Of a DNA stretch of 64,000 bases, positions 26,048 through 38,514 are shown piece by piece. Where the stretch lies: the NCBI GenBank assembly GCA_010015805.1, contig ML978137.1, forward strand, positions 124,001 through 188,000, read 5' to 3'. The notes under the pieces were generated by a model. It ran no database searches, was not told the DNA's origin, and was given only the letters and a program-made list of their open reading frames with translations. Position 1 is the first letter of the stretch. Each line of letters opens with the position of its first letter. The position numbers were made by a program, and so were the translations under genes. Source of the stretch: Rhizodiscina lignyota. Lineage: Eukaryota.

Positions 26048-28184
26048 CTACTCCTCTGCTCCCTGTGTCGCAATGGCCGCAGCCCTAACCTCTGTATCAT
26101 CGCTCTCCGCCGTACTACTCGTCGGCGGCCTCTCCAGAATGGTCGAGTCCTTACCTGCCTCCGCCTGCGCAGCAATGATGCCAGCCGGCGGACTCGCAAG
26201 GCCGAACGGGTGCTCGTCATCCTCTGCGTCGAGCTGCATGAGGTACGTTTCCCATAGCTCAATGAGCTGTTTGAACGCGTTAGCTTCTATTCGGCGGAAT
26301 GTGCCACATGGACAGGGGAAAGGACGAAAGAAAACTGACCTCCTTCTGCGCCTCCACACCTCCCTCCAAGAACGTCTCAACTCCACTCTTGAAATCCTCG
26401 ACCTTCTCCCTCTCGAACCGCTCCAGCTCACCTCTCATCAATCGTCCCATGTCCTCGAATAGCAATCGTGCTTGGTGGACCTTCCTCTCCGCGTCGCCGA
26501 CCTCCGCACTGATCTGGCTGATCTTGTCCTGCTGGCTGCGTCCCTGCCTTAGCAACTTATCCTGCGCGTTCTTACGCTTCAGTAGCTCTGATTCCGCAGC
26601 ATGCCACGCGTGATATGCCTTTTGTCGCTGGTTGAATGCCTGCTTGACAGAACCAATGAGACGGATGTACTCATCAACGACGATGCCGATAGTAAGGACG
26701 TCTTGTTGGGCTTGGCGTTGGTAGAGCTCCTGTATGCGTAACTGGATGTCTGACAAGCCATCCAACGGTCCGGACAGGGAAGGAGACAATTCGACGGCGG
26801 CGAGACTGCGTAGAGAAGCGGAGAACTCTGCGCACGATTCGGCGAGTGTTTTGCGCTGAGTGACAACAATGTCGGTGGCCTTGAGCAGCGCGCGAAGCTG
26901 ATTCTCAAGAGCGTCGAGGTAGACCTTTCGGTCGTGAAACCACTGTTCATCAAGTTCCGTAAGCCTCATAGAATTAGGGGGAGGGGGTGTAAGTTTGGGA
27001 GGGGGTTCAGGAGGTGGTAAATAGTAAGAATAAAGAGGCTCCCGCACATCATCATGTTCGACGAATTTTCCACCGCTGCCAGCGCCGATACCGATGGAGC
27101 TGAACATGCTCTTGCTCTCGTTTAGCATCGGATCTTTGCGCTCCTTGTTCTTGACGTCTACGTTGAACGCGTCGCTCTCCAGGAAGAGCTTGAGGTCACC
27201 GTCGTTTTGGAGGATGGGATGCGCGGCGGTCTTGTTAAGCATGCGCTCGAGCGCTTGGCGGCGCGACTCGACGAAGTCGGCGTCAAAGCGGCCCATTGCT
27301 TGCTTCTCGGGAGGTGGGGGGACGACGACGCCAGGGTTATTGTTATGGAGCTGGGTATAGAGCCAGAGGAAGTCCCTGTAGCGGCGGGAGACGGTGAATT
27401 CGGGGGTGCGGTAGGCTTTGGAGGTAGTCTGCGAGATGACTGTGTCAGTATGATATGTTTGTCTATGTTAGAAATCGCGCGGTTGTACCTTTGTCCTGAC
27501 AGCGTATTCGGTATGTGAAGAGGTGAGATCGCCAACTTTATGCGGATCGCCAACATTGATACTGAACGTCGGTCTCGCCGCTTCCAGCACGCTCATACTC
27601 GGCTGCGTCTGCCTTTGGGCTGCGCCATTTGCGCTCGCTGGAGGTTGTACCGGAGGCGGTTGTTTCGGTCTCGATGAGTCGTCTTCATCCTCCAGGTGGA
27701 CAGAATCCATCATGGTCCTAAGCGACGATGTACCAGAGGCGGATGCGGACGGCTGTTGAGCACGAACTGCCGCCTGCTCTTTCTGAGGAGGCGCTGGAGG
27801 TTCGTCTACAGCTGGAAACGCTTCGACATTGTCGCCCAGCGGGCCCAATGGGCCCATCGAGTCGTCGACGGCTTCCAGGCGTGTTGGTTGCGTGCCATAT
27901 CGCTTTGGCGTTCTCGACGCGCGGCCGCCTCCTCGCGGAGTTGGACTTGTGACTGTTTGTGATTCTGAGGGTTTCGGGGTTGATTGTGCTTCAAGCTTTA
28001 TGTTAGAGCGTGTGCGCAGTACTTTCGTTAGCAGGCATCTACCTTCTGTGGTGGAGGAATCTGTTTTTGGCGCATTATCGCGGGGAGGAACGTCTGAGCG
28101 GTCCGAAGTTAGTGAAGATGCTCATAATATTGCAGTGAAGATGCTGCACTGACCTCCCCATGGCGAATCACCCTCGAGGTCCAT
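26048..28184 (-). CDS. VPS5: Retromer sorting nexin Vps5 (PX + BAR domains)
   Basis: Start MDLEGDSPWG; PX motifs VGDPHKVGDLTSSHTEY, RRYRDFLWLY, PPPPEKQA; BAR region WFHDRKVYLDALENQL...KVEDFKSGVETFLE. Several GT-AG introns, including 26943-27047. Confidence 0.95.
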
Positions 28185-28882
28185 GATGTTGAATTTGTTG
28201 ATGGGAGAGATGTTCATGGCGGAGCGCAAGGTCTCCACCGATGATGGCGCGCCGCCGCCAAGCATCTCGTTGCTCGGCCTCCGCCAGAAGCCTTCCATCT
28301 TTCACTCGCTGCCAAACCCCGGCATCTCACCGGAATTGCTCTTGTTTATTTGATTGAAGCTCATCGAAAGCTTTTAGAAGAGAATGGCGCACGGGTGACT
28401 CCCTTTTATCGTCATTTGCGGAAGCTGCCTGCGCTCACAGCTCTTACCTGTCAGCCAGGCTGGCCATGCGAATCAGGAATCGAAACAGCTTTCCGCCCGC
28501 CTTCCGTGCATATGATCACTGGTCTTGTGCCCAAAATCTCTCCGTTGGCCTTTCCACTGCTTTCTACTCCACTTGTGGCTTGTGTCTTCTTGGATTTCCT
28601 TTCATATCTGGCCCAATGTACCCTGGCTTGAGGGTGCAACGAATTGCTTGTACCCGGTGATCATTGACTGTCCTTCCTTCTCATATGAACTCCTACGAAT
28701 CAGATGAATGATAGATTGGCATATTTGTTGGATAATATCTATCTCTGGAAGGATTCTGCTCTAATCTCTACATGTCTCCATCAAAGTCTATCAGTCGCAT
28801 TTGCCCAGCAAACCTACTAAGTACGCCCTACCCCATACCTAGAAATAACTCAACTCTTCTCCAGATCACCTATTCGCATCAA

Positions 28883-29553
28883 TCATAACTTCGCTTTTCC
28901 ATTCCCGTTCCCATTATGCGGTGGCTCCGGGACGACAGCCGCCTTCCCATGCTCACATGCATAGCACACTTTCCCAGTCTCCTTGTCCCTCATGACTCCT
29001 CTCAACATACCCAACCTCTTCCCCAAATGTACAACCTCGCTCTCCACCAGCAGCTCCGACCCCTCAAGCGCTGGTCGCATATACGTGCAATTCAGCGTCC
29101 GACTGACGTGTCCCGAGTCCCAGAAGTCTTCGCGTGCGAGCGGAGCAACGGTCAGCGAGGTTAGCATATCGAATGCCAGCGCGACGAAACCGCCGTGCAG
29201 GTTGCCTGCGGCATTGCAGATGTCTGGGGCGACACGGAGGAGGAAAGTGGATCGCGCGACCGAAGGGTCGTTCTCGTCCATCTCGACGCTGAGGAGTTCC
29301 ACGTTGCGCCGGACGTGGCTGTCAAAGTTCTGCATGAGCAATGTACGTTAGCAGAGAATCTAATGGGACGGAGCCATGAGAAGGTACGATATACTGTGGG
29401 TGCTGGAATTAGGAGGGAAATTCATGCAGTGATAGTTTCACCAGATAGACTCACATCCGGCGCATATTGCGCGGCATAGTCCAGATACGCCTTAACGCGA
29501 TCAAACGGCGTGTCCTGAAGGTTTCCTGTCCAGCGGACTCCGCGAACCCCCAT
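28883..29553 (-). CDS. HotDog-fold (PaaI/ACOT13-like) acyl-CoA thioesterase with C-terminal PTS1
   Basis: NAAGNLHGG...FDMLTS and GHVSRTLNCTYMRP motifs. Exon 1 MGVRGVRW...APD, intron ~29331-29454. Ends in -AKL. Confidence 0.88.
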
Positions 29554-29934
29554 GTTTACGGTTTGGACCTGTGAAAGGGTCAATGGAGATTGTTGAATCT
29601 ACATATCGAAAGTGCAGAGGAAGTTTACCGGGGTATGCCGCTTCGTGTCGCCTTTTTGTGAGCGAACCTCGGCTCGGCAAAATCTCGAAAAGGGATCGTG
29701 AGAAGAAAGGTAATCCTGAAGACAGGTCGACCATCATCTCCAGCAGTCAATTCTTCGAGGCTTGCGAACTGCCATGATATCATGAATTTTCTGTTTGAAA
29801 GTAAAGCCTCTGTTACAGACAAAAAACCTCATTCAACCAGCATCCCAATATTTAGTTATCCTCGTCATTCAATCCTCGAGGACGACGCCGCACCAACGAG
29901 GGAGGAGAGACAGTCGAAGGAGAATCGTATTCTA

Positions 29935-32533
29935 TCAGTAGCGATCGCGGTGAATTTCCAACTGATAAGAGTCTCCTTCATTGGAGTCCGTTGTCTCACT
30001 CAGCCCTTCAGACGCAGTATCCCACTGCAGCATAGTGCTCGCAACGCTCGCAGCCGTATTCTCTCTCCTCACCCTAGCAAACTCCGGTTGCATCTTCACC
30101 ATCTCAGTATGCTCTTCAATCTGCATACAAAGTCTTCGGAATGCATCAAACACCTCTGGACTGGCCTCCGGGATCCTAGTTTCTAACAGATCAAGAGGCG
30201 TGTAGCCGTCCAGGTTCTTCTCGTTAACATCAAGATCGACGAGTTGGCATGACAGGAGTTCGTTTATCGTCTCTACTGTCGCATAATGCGCAACAGAGTG
30301 TAGCACGTTGTACCCTGTGGCCGCAATGCGAATTTGATAGTCCGCGCCAGCCTCCAATAGCGCTCGGATAACGCCAGGTCGATGATATGATATCCCCAGA
30401 TGCAGCGCAGTATTCCCCTGGTCGTCCGCATGATTAATATCGGCGCCAGCTTCAATGACCATTCTCGTTGGAATCGCTCCTCCACTCGCGGCATGGAACA
30501 GCGCTGTGCGCCCGTTGATATCCTCGATCTCGAGGTCGCTGCGCTGGAGTAATAGCTCCAGCTGCGAATAGTCATTGCGGATGTTGAACGTGCTCCACAT
30601 CAACGCGGTGAGACCAGAGTCGTTTTGCGCCCGCAGATCTGCCCCGGCGTCGATGAGGAGAATCGCACATTCGGGGGAGGCGACATGACATGCGCAGTAG
30701 TGCAATGGCGTTCTCGCTCCTTCCACCACTTTGTTCGGATCTGCGCCGTGCTCGAGCAGGAGGCGTACTGCCTCGACATCGCCGCTCTCTGCTGCCCACG
30801 ACAACGCTGTCCTGCCGGTGGCATCTGTATCGTCTATCGTTGCCGTCGAGCGCATGAGCTCCTTAAATGCCTGGTTGACGCTCTTGCGGCTAATCTTCAC
30901 GACGCTTCTGTGTAGGTCTGGAAATTGGAATTCATCTAGTGTCTCCTCGTCGCATATTGCTTCTAATGTCTTCCGTTGGTCCTGTGTTACTGTATTGCTG
31001 AGGAGCTCGGTCCAGGCTTTCTGCATTGGCGTCATCCCAGAAAAGTCTTTGGCATTGCGGTTGGCTCCTTTGTGGAGGATATATCTGATGGCGTCTCCGT
31101 TACGCGCAGATACCGCATACTAACTTTCCCATCAGTGCTTCGTTAGTGCGTCTTCAGAATCTACTAACATGCAATGGCGTCTCTCCAGTCTTCACATCCG
31201 CATCCCAAGGTGACGCTAATCCTACGCTGAACAGGTCCTTAATCGAATCTACTTCGTTCAATAGACAATGGCGGAAGATCCGAGCAGTCGATGGCACAAC
31301 ACGGGGAAAGTTCAATGTCACTTCCGCGCCGCCCAGGGCCGTCATTTTAGCCACGAGCGAAAGCATCCGCTGAGCAACCCACCAGTACGGGAAGAAGTAT
31401 GTTACCTGGCTCACAGGTGCTTTGGCCCGACCGCACTTTACGTCTGAGCATCTCTTGTTCGGAGTTGGTTGGCCGCTGTAGCCTACGAATAGTGAGCCGA
31501 GGAGAGTTCGAAGCCCTTCGGTGGAATACACAGCGGATCCGACATGGCAGCTGCAGGGGCAGCTCTTCCTGCACTGGAACGGCTGGCGATGTTGGGCGTG
31601 CACCGCGACGCGCTGGTATCTTGCTGTCGTTGTCCGCCGTATTCTCAGCCCAGTATTCGCACCAGCAGAATCCTCATCGCGTGGTAGCACAGTCTCGGTA
31701 GTTTCTATAGCCAGCTGTGTTTGCCCTCTAGTGGCATATGGCGGTGGTCGTTCCGTCAGAAGATGTTGCTCGATGTTCTTGAATCTCTCCAGTAGTTCAG
31801 TGGAGTGGCTCCGAGTGATTTCCACCGACTTCCTAGTTTCGTCTTGGTTAAGTGAGTTTGCTCTGATCTGCTCTTCCTGAGATTTCAGAGCTTCGGTGAT
31901 GTCCCGCGCGATGTTCTCTCCCTGCTTCTCGATGCGTAATTGGGTGTCGAAGCTCTCGGACATGACAACCGAGACATGTTGAAGTTCGAGTTCGATACAG
32001 GACCTGCATACTTTATGAGAATGCTCGAGATTGACAGGCAGGATTGATTACTTACGATTTGAAATGGCCCATGAAATGGCGCAGCTCTTCACACAACTTC
32101 TCCAATTTTTTCTTCAACTTCTCAGCCTTGCTCTTTGCCAAAACCCAGCCAGTGCGGTTGTATTTCCTTGAACCGTTGTTAGCATCTTGCATTCGAATCA
32201 ACTCCGCAAGCCCCCAAAGCGCGTCCTTCGCATCCGAAAGCTTCTCGTTGAAGCGATCAACTTGTTCCTGCGAGAACACATCATTAAAATCCGGATGCTG
32301 ATTCAAGCTCGAATCCACCGTGCGTATGAGAATCTCCGCGTCCGTGAGGTCATTTAAAATCGAGTCGATTTGCTCGGGTGCATTGTATATCGTCTTAGCA
32401 GCTCTCACGGTCTCCCGGAGTGTACCAAGAATGGCCTGGATCAGATGGATTTTAGTATTCATTGCTGTCTAGCCGGCTCGTTCTTAGGATATGAACTTAC
32501 GATAATGCTAGTGGTAATCGATAAAGGATCCAT
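29935..32533 (-). CDS. HeLo-like N-terminal domain + Cys-rich linker + ankyrin-repeat protein
   Basis: Spliced start MDPLSITTSII|AILGTL...NAPEQIDSILNDL (intron 32436-32500); further introns 32004-32055 and 31120-31168. CRKSCPCSCH...VTYFFPYWW segment; about 8 ankyrin repeats (GETPLH, GRTALSWAA, RTPLHY, GLTALMW, GRTALFHA, GNTALHL, GYTPLD). Confidence 0.88.
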
Positions 32534-33305
32534 GGTTCAACTTCGCTTCAGAGAATTGGACCATGCTCTTGTGACGGCCGCTTCCTGCTGGATATGCCCG
32601 CTCTCACCGGAGAACAGGACGGGCCTATCAGCGGCCGCTGGAAACGCTTTACCATCAAGCAGTAGTCGAGATATTAAAGTCCTTGAATGCAGTACTAGAT
32701 TGTTCTTCTCACGAAGACTAGAGAAATGGGTTTGAAAGGTCATAGAATCAGAAATTCGAAGAAATTCACAGCTTGCCATCACAGCTACACTCCCCGGTGA
32801 CTTCGGACCGCGACGCGATACAGCTGTACAAAAGTGCGGAGGCTATCATGGTGTCCGCAAGACCTATGCAAGAAGCTCGTATTCCCGCCAATGAAAGATG
32901 CAGCAACTCAATAAGCTCATCGGTCCGAACAGGGATAGAGAAGGCCGGGGCCGCGAGGCTGAAGGGTTCGAGAAGCTTGCGGCCGCAGTTGGCCCCCAAA
33001 ATCGCATTGAAGGTGGAAAATGCGGTGCACATATTGGTGTTAGGCGATGATGGCGTTGTACCGCAACTGCATCCACCATACATCCTGTTTAGTAAGCATT
33101 TTCTGTGACAAATAAAACCCTCGATAGGAGGGGCCAAAAAGAGACAATGCGTCCGAATGCACCGAGGTAATTGGATATAGTAGAATTGGGGTATCATAGA
33201 ATTAGAGCTATAGCTGCAGGATCATCGTCATAATGCGTCGTGTAGACGTCTCTTCATCAATCGTTTGTGGACCACGAGATATGAGCCCATCTCCTTAGCC
33301 CATAC

Positions 33306-35910
33306 TTAAGACCCTCGTCTATCCCTCGTAGCATCAAGTGGACTCAGCAGCGCTCCTCTCTCCGATACAGGACTGATCACAGAACTGGGGCTGATAGCGT
33401 CCGGTGGCGTTACAATCCCCAATCCTTCCTGGCTCGGACGCCGTGAACTCTCGGACCAGCTACGCGCACGACTGATTTCAGATGGCGATATTGAGAGCTG
33501 TGCGGAACTGGGTTCTCTGATTAAGGGCCGCAAAGCGGATGACTCGATTGTGCCAGCAGAGTCCATCCGCGCTCGAGTGAATTTAAAATGTGACAGTTCT
33601 GTTTCGTCACCAGGAGTATTCGGATGACTGAAATAGCCATATGGTGATCTAGGCGAGGGTGGATGGATTGGCGTGAGACTATTGGAGTCTGGGTGGTGGT
33701 CGGTATCTTTTGTCCAAACTAGAGTCTTCTGTGTGGATGGACGGCTTCTTCCACAGCATATGAGGCCTCTGATAGAATTAATGCCCATCGTGATCAGAAC
33801 GGTTGGATATCGAAAGGGGTACGTAAGACGACGGAATCGCCGTGTCAGACGAAGCCCGCGGAGGCTTTCTTCGTAGTTTGTTGTTGAGAGATGCGATTGG
33901 ATGCACCACTGAGAAGTGTTAGAATAGGCATACACCAGCAATGGAGAGGAACATACTTCAATCACGATGTAGATCATGCCAATGCCCATAACCACGGTAG
34001 AGAGAATCGTCCCCAGTCTCCAGTACGTGGTGACAGATGGCACATGTGTGAAATCCCACTGAGACAGATCCATATAGCCACCGATTTTTGACCAGATGCT
34101 ACATTGACAGTCACAGGTAACGAAAGCGCCGAATGTCTGCGACAGCACAATGTAAATGATCCAGGCGGTGTTGAACGTCTCGAGAAAAAGAAGGAAGCCA
34201 TTGGCCCACTGCCGGAAAGTCAGTTCATGGAGGGTGTCAACGTGGCTTTGGAGCCAATGTTTGAGACTGTGTCCTCTGTTCGGCTGGAACATGCTGAGAA
34301 GAGTAACTGTCGTTGCGATAAACGCATCCTCGACGCCTTTCACTACACTCCTTCGCCTCGTATGAAAGCCTTCACGAAATGGACGTGATCTCGACTCGAC
34401 ATAATTGAAGGTCGTGGTGCTTTGCAGTCGCGTGATATGAGGCTCCAACAATTGTTGCTGCTGCTCATCAGTGAGCCACCATATAAGCAGCTCGCCGATA
34501 AGTACGAAGAAGGCAATGATCGCAAAGATCAGATATCCGCCACTTCGGCAACCGAGGCCAACAGTCGGAGTGAAGTATGATAAGATGAATGCGCCTAATA
34601 TGGTGCAGCTAACGGTGGCGATAGCAGCGGTGATTTGCCATAGTTCTCTAAAGTCAAACCACAAAAGGCCCTCGTCGACGGATCCTAGGACCAGATTATT
34701 ACGTGCTTCCTCCTCGTTCTCTAGCCAGTTCCTTCCACGCGCTGCAACATAGCTCGCTTCGATATCGCACAGGATTGGATGAGCACAACCGTAATGCCAT
34801 CTAATTCGACCTTGGCCTGCAAAGTCTATGAAGAAGCTGCCGCGGATAAAGTCAGTCACACGGTTGATACGGACAACCCAGTTACGCATCTTTTCCGCTT
34901 CCGGACGATGCTCGAAAGACTGGAAGAACTCCTCTCTGATATGGGGATCCTGCAGGGATACGCAGACATGGTCAATGAGGTTGTTAAGCTTCATCCTAAT
35001 GTCATCGGCAGCAATCGGATTGCGATCAACGATGCAACTAAGGATGAGGACCGGCAGCCAAGAGAGGAGCAGCCCAAGGGCAAGGTCGTGTGCTGTAGGA
35101 TTCGAGCCGATTAAGTCGAATGCTGGTTGCTGTTAGTTGTCTCAAAAGAACCATATCTATCGGAAAGCTACATACCTCCTTGTATCGAAATGGCCAATGA
35201 GAACAAGAACCACATGGTCGATATAAATACCGGCACGACGCCCTTCCGTCTCCCATTGCGCAAGCTCCGCGCTAGGGATCGCCGTACTTCTCGGAGAGAG
35301 CTCGACGTATCCTTCAAGCGCAGGTCCTTGCTAAATAGCACTATTCTGAGTAGTCCTTCAGCCTCCTTTTTCATCGCTATTGGCTTCATTGTATATTGAT
35401 TCATGTTCATGAGGATGTACATCGAATCGCGCATGCTCGCAAAGTGGCTCTCTTCGCAGAGGGGATATGCGTTGTATGGTACGGACATGTCAACTACATC
35501 AAAAGCATGTCAGTCTCACAGAACTCTGTACCTGCATAAGGCTGAACTCACTCACCCATGAGAGCGCATGTTCCAGTGACCTTGATGTTCCACAGTATGT
35601 AGCTGAGGCTCGCCATAGGGCTGCCCACCCATCTTACGATGGCGAGCATTGTCCTCCAAAAGGCATTGCTCTCGAAGGGCGCCTGCAACAATATGCCAAT
35701 CACTGGCAGAATCCATGTCGTGATTGTACTGCTCGACTGACTCCACGGGTAGTAATCTGGAGCTGTTCCGCACACAGCATTACATCCTGCGACCGTGATT
35801 TGAGTGGACTGATTGGGTTCAAGGCTGCGCACAGGTCCGCTGTAGTTCCACCGTGCGATAAGGCTGGCGTTGTTCATGTACCGAATGGCACATTCAGTGA
35901 AGTTTGTCAT
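33306..35910 (-). CDS. Fungal multipass membrane protein of unknown function
   Basis: Several exons (35548-35910, ~35168-35488, 33306-~35100) with many hydrophobic helices. Motifs TWILP..LLQAPF, RWVGSP, FTPTVGLGCRSGGYL. Ser/Arg-rich tail. Confidence 0.78.
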
Positions 35911-36720
35911 CGCGGATCTGCCTTGGGCGCAGTCGAGAGCGAAGAGACGTGCGCATGGAGGTTAAGGAAGTTTCCCATAGTGATTGTCGAGATATACGAC
36001 GCGCAAAGAGTGACTCCCTCACCGAGGCTGCGCGCTATATGTAGAGGTGGACGAAAGGGTAAGGTGGCACACGAGTGCGTCGAGTGCAGCTCTACGCGCC
36101 GATAGCGCCATTTCCCGTGCATGAGAATGTGCATCATATATTTTATTGGACGCAGCCTTGGCAGAGGATATACGAGCAGGCACCCGTCTACTCGCTGTTA
36201 ATCTCTCAAAGGCTTTATATTTAGGCGCCGCAGTACGAAACAATATTGTGATGATTTCTTCGTTGATTCGTTGCATGCTTGTGCGGTTTCTCGGGAGCGA
36301 CCGACTCAACCGGGTTCTGGGTAGGCCCCACCTAATGCTAGGTGCTTAGGCCCCTTAACTTAGGCGATCTCCCGGACCATCCCCGCTGTCGGTTCGTCCC
36401 GAGAAACTTCTCTCTTTCTTAAACAGGAAGTCCTTTTGGTACTCATTATTGGATTTTTATGTTTGCAAATTCCCTCCGCTCGTGCTAAATAAAAGAGCTA
36501 TATGTACACTTAAGGGAAGTCCTCGTTGAGTGCATCGATAATCTTTACAGACAGGGTTGAAGTTCATCGAATAGTCATAGCCATGCTGCCTGCATTTTCG
36601 TGCATAGAACTTTGCTTCGTAGACAAATTAGATTACAATTCAGTCATGAGAGATATGAAACCATTGGTTAAACGCCTGATACCAGTTAATTGCGCCATTT
36701 GGATGACTCCCAGGTCCCTA

Positions 36721-37425
36721 TTAGTGCAGCGATGTATTCTGATAGCCTTGTTGCGCATAATCCTGTTGCTGTGTGCCTGGTCCTGCATACATAGGATACT
36801 GCTGCTGCTGGCCACCTTCAAGACCACTATCCTTTCCGCCCATCGGACCAGATCCTGAGGTCCAAGCCTGACCATAGCGATCCGGTGCGCCGCTGTTCCT
36901 ATGGCGATGCAGGAAAATACCATACGTGACCAGCGTAACGACCCATAGCACCCAGTTGAGGGCGCCAATGCCTGCACCGGCGGCCATCGCATCGCGATAC
37001 GACTTGGCGCGATTCTCGAACGAGTTGTCAAAGTCGTCGAAGACGAACCATGTCGAGTACGCGGCGGCCCATGCGGCGAGGTCGGCCCAGCATGCGAGCC
37101 ACCAGATGACGGCGAAGCATTCGAGGACGAGAACGGCCCAGCGGTTGTAGGCGGAGGGGAATTTGAGAGTGGTGAGGAGATAGTAGCCCAAGATCACGAA
37201 CGAAGCGAGTGACTGTCACGTTGTTAGCATGGGATGATTGGTAGTGTATGGTGTTGGAAGGCATACGACAAAGAGGGCATAGCCATTGCCGCCGAAGACC
37301 CAGGTGCTGAAGGAGAGGCCGTAGCAGGCGAGGATGAAGACGACGAGGGTAAGGACAGCCTGGGCGATGCGTAGAAAAAAGAAGAAGGGAGGGACTTGGA
37401 CGATATGATCGCGTTCACCGGACAT
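36721..37425 (-). CDS. MARVEL-domain (membrane-associating) protein
   Basis: Four hydrophobic helices (LRIAQAVL..., LECFAVIWWLACWADLA, AAGAGIGALNWVLWVVTL), one intron ~37214-37267, Gln/Tyr-rich tail. Confidence 0.88.
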
Positions 37426-38514
37426 GTTGACGTTCGGATATCAAATAAGAAACCTTCTTGCTCGAAGTAGATGTGGGATTCGTCAAAGATGTATTTTGAA
37501 TTCCACCAGAGAAAGGACAAAGAGTGATCGAAATCTTCGCGACACCAACCTCAGTTCATTGTGCGCGAGCAGCTTTACATATTTATCACGGCACGGCAAG
37601 GCAGACTTGCTTTAGTTCTTGGCCAAAGTTCGGTCCCAAATTATCTCCTGAACGCGTGCAGATGGCGTTCTACCTGCGGTAAGTGCTTTCGAACGACTCG
37701 CAAGAGCTGGTGATCAAAATGGCTGTTCTCGTACCCCTTGTGTCGCACTACTCTGCCCTATCGTGTGCCAGACCGGTCAAAACCAACGCGGCTAGCCGCC
37801 AATAGACCTTAATATGAAAGGCTTAAAAGCTCACGAGGGTTAGGAAAGCGGGAACCAGCTGAAAAAGAAGCGAGATCGAAGGCCTCGCGGACTTGGCTCG
37901 CTCCTTGCGTGCACGGAATGTGCCGAATACGGACAAGCTCCGCCTCAAGTGGCTTGACGCCGGTGGTTGTGTGGAGATGAAGCGAAAACCACGAGCGACT
38001 ACTGTTCTATATTTGGCTAAAAATCTGTATCCTTTAATGAGAGTTTCGGTTCTTTTGCAATCAATGTAGATGTTGAACAGGATCAGGGGACTTGGGATTT
38101 TCATACCATTCCATTGGCATTAACTTCCACTTTCCCAGAGAGCTGCAAGTCGATCGATACCTTAAATTGCCCAAGATGCAGGAGTCTCTAAATTCTGGCT
38201 CTTCATGTATCTGTAGCGGCACTGTCACAATCATTACAGTCCGCATGAGGGGGCTATTTTGGACTTTGCGCGTGCTCATCATTATCGCAGTGACGGGACA
38301 TGAAAGATGAATTTTGGAATCTGGAACCGTTTGGATCTTTTCGTGTTGCTATCAGAGCCGAATACCTTACTAGAATCACTGGCAAATCAGAAGGTCACGA
38401 GACCGCAAGCTGAGCGAATGTAATTCCTGCTTGTACTGTGAGTGCAGCCCACCTGAAAATGTGTCTCGACTTTGCCCAATCAAACCTCGACGCCGACGCC
38501 TTGCGTGGAACCGC

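Noticed and set aside
37823..38310. Short ORFs between the MARVEL and lysozyme genes
   Set aside because: No motifs or coherent splice structure.
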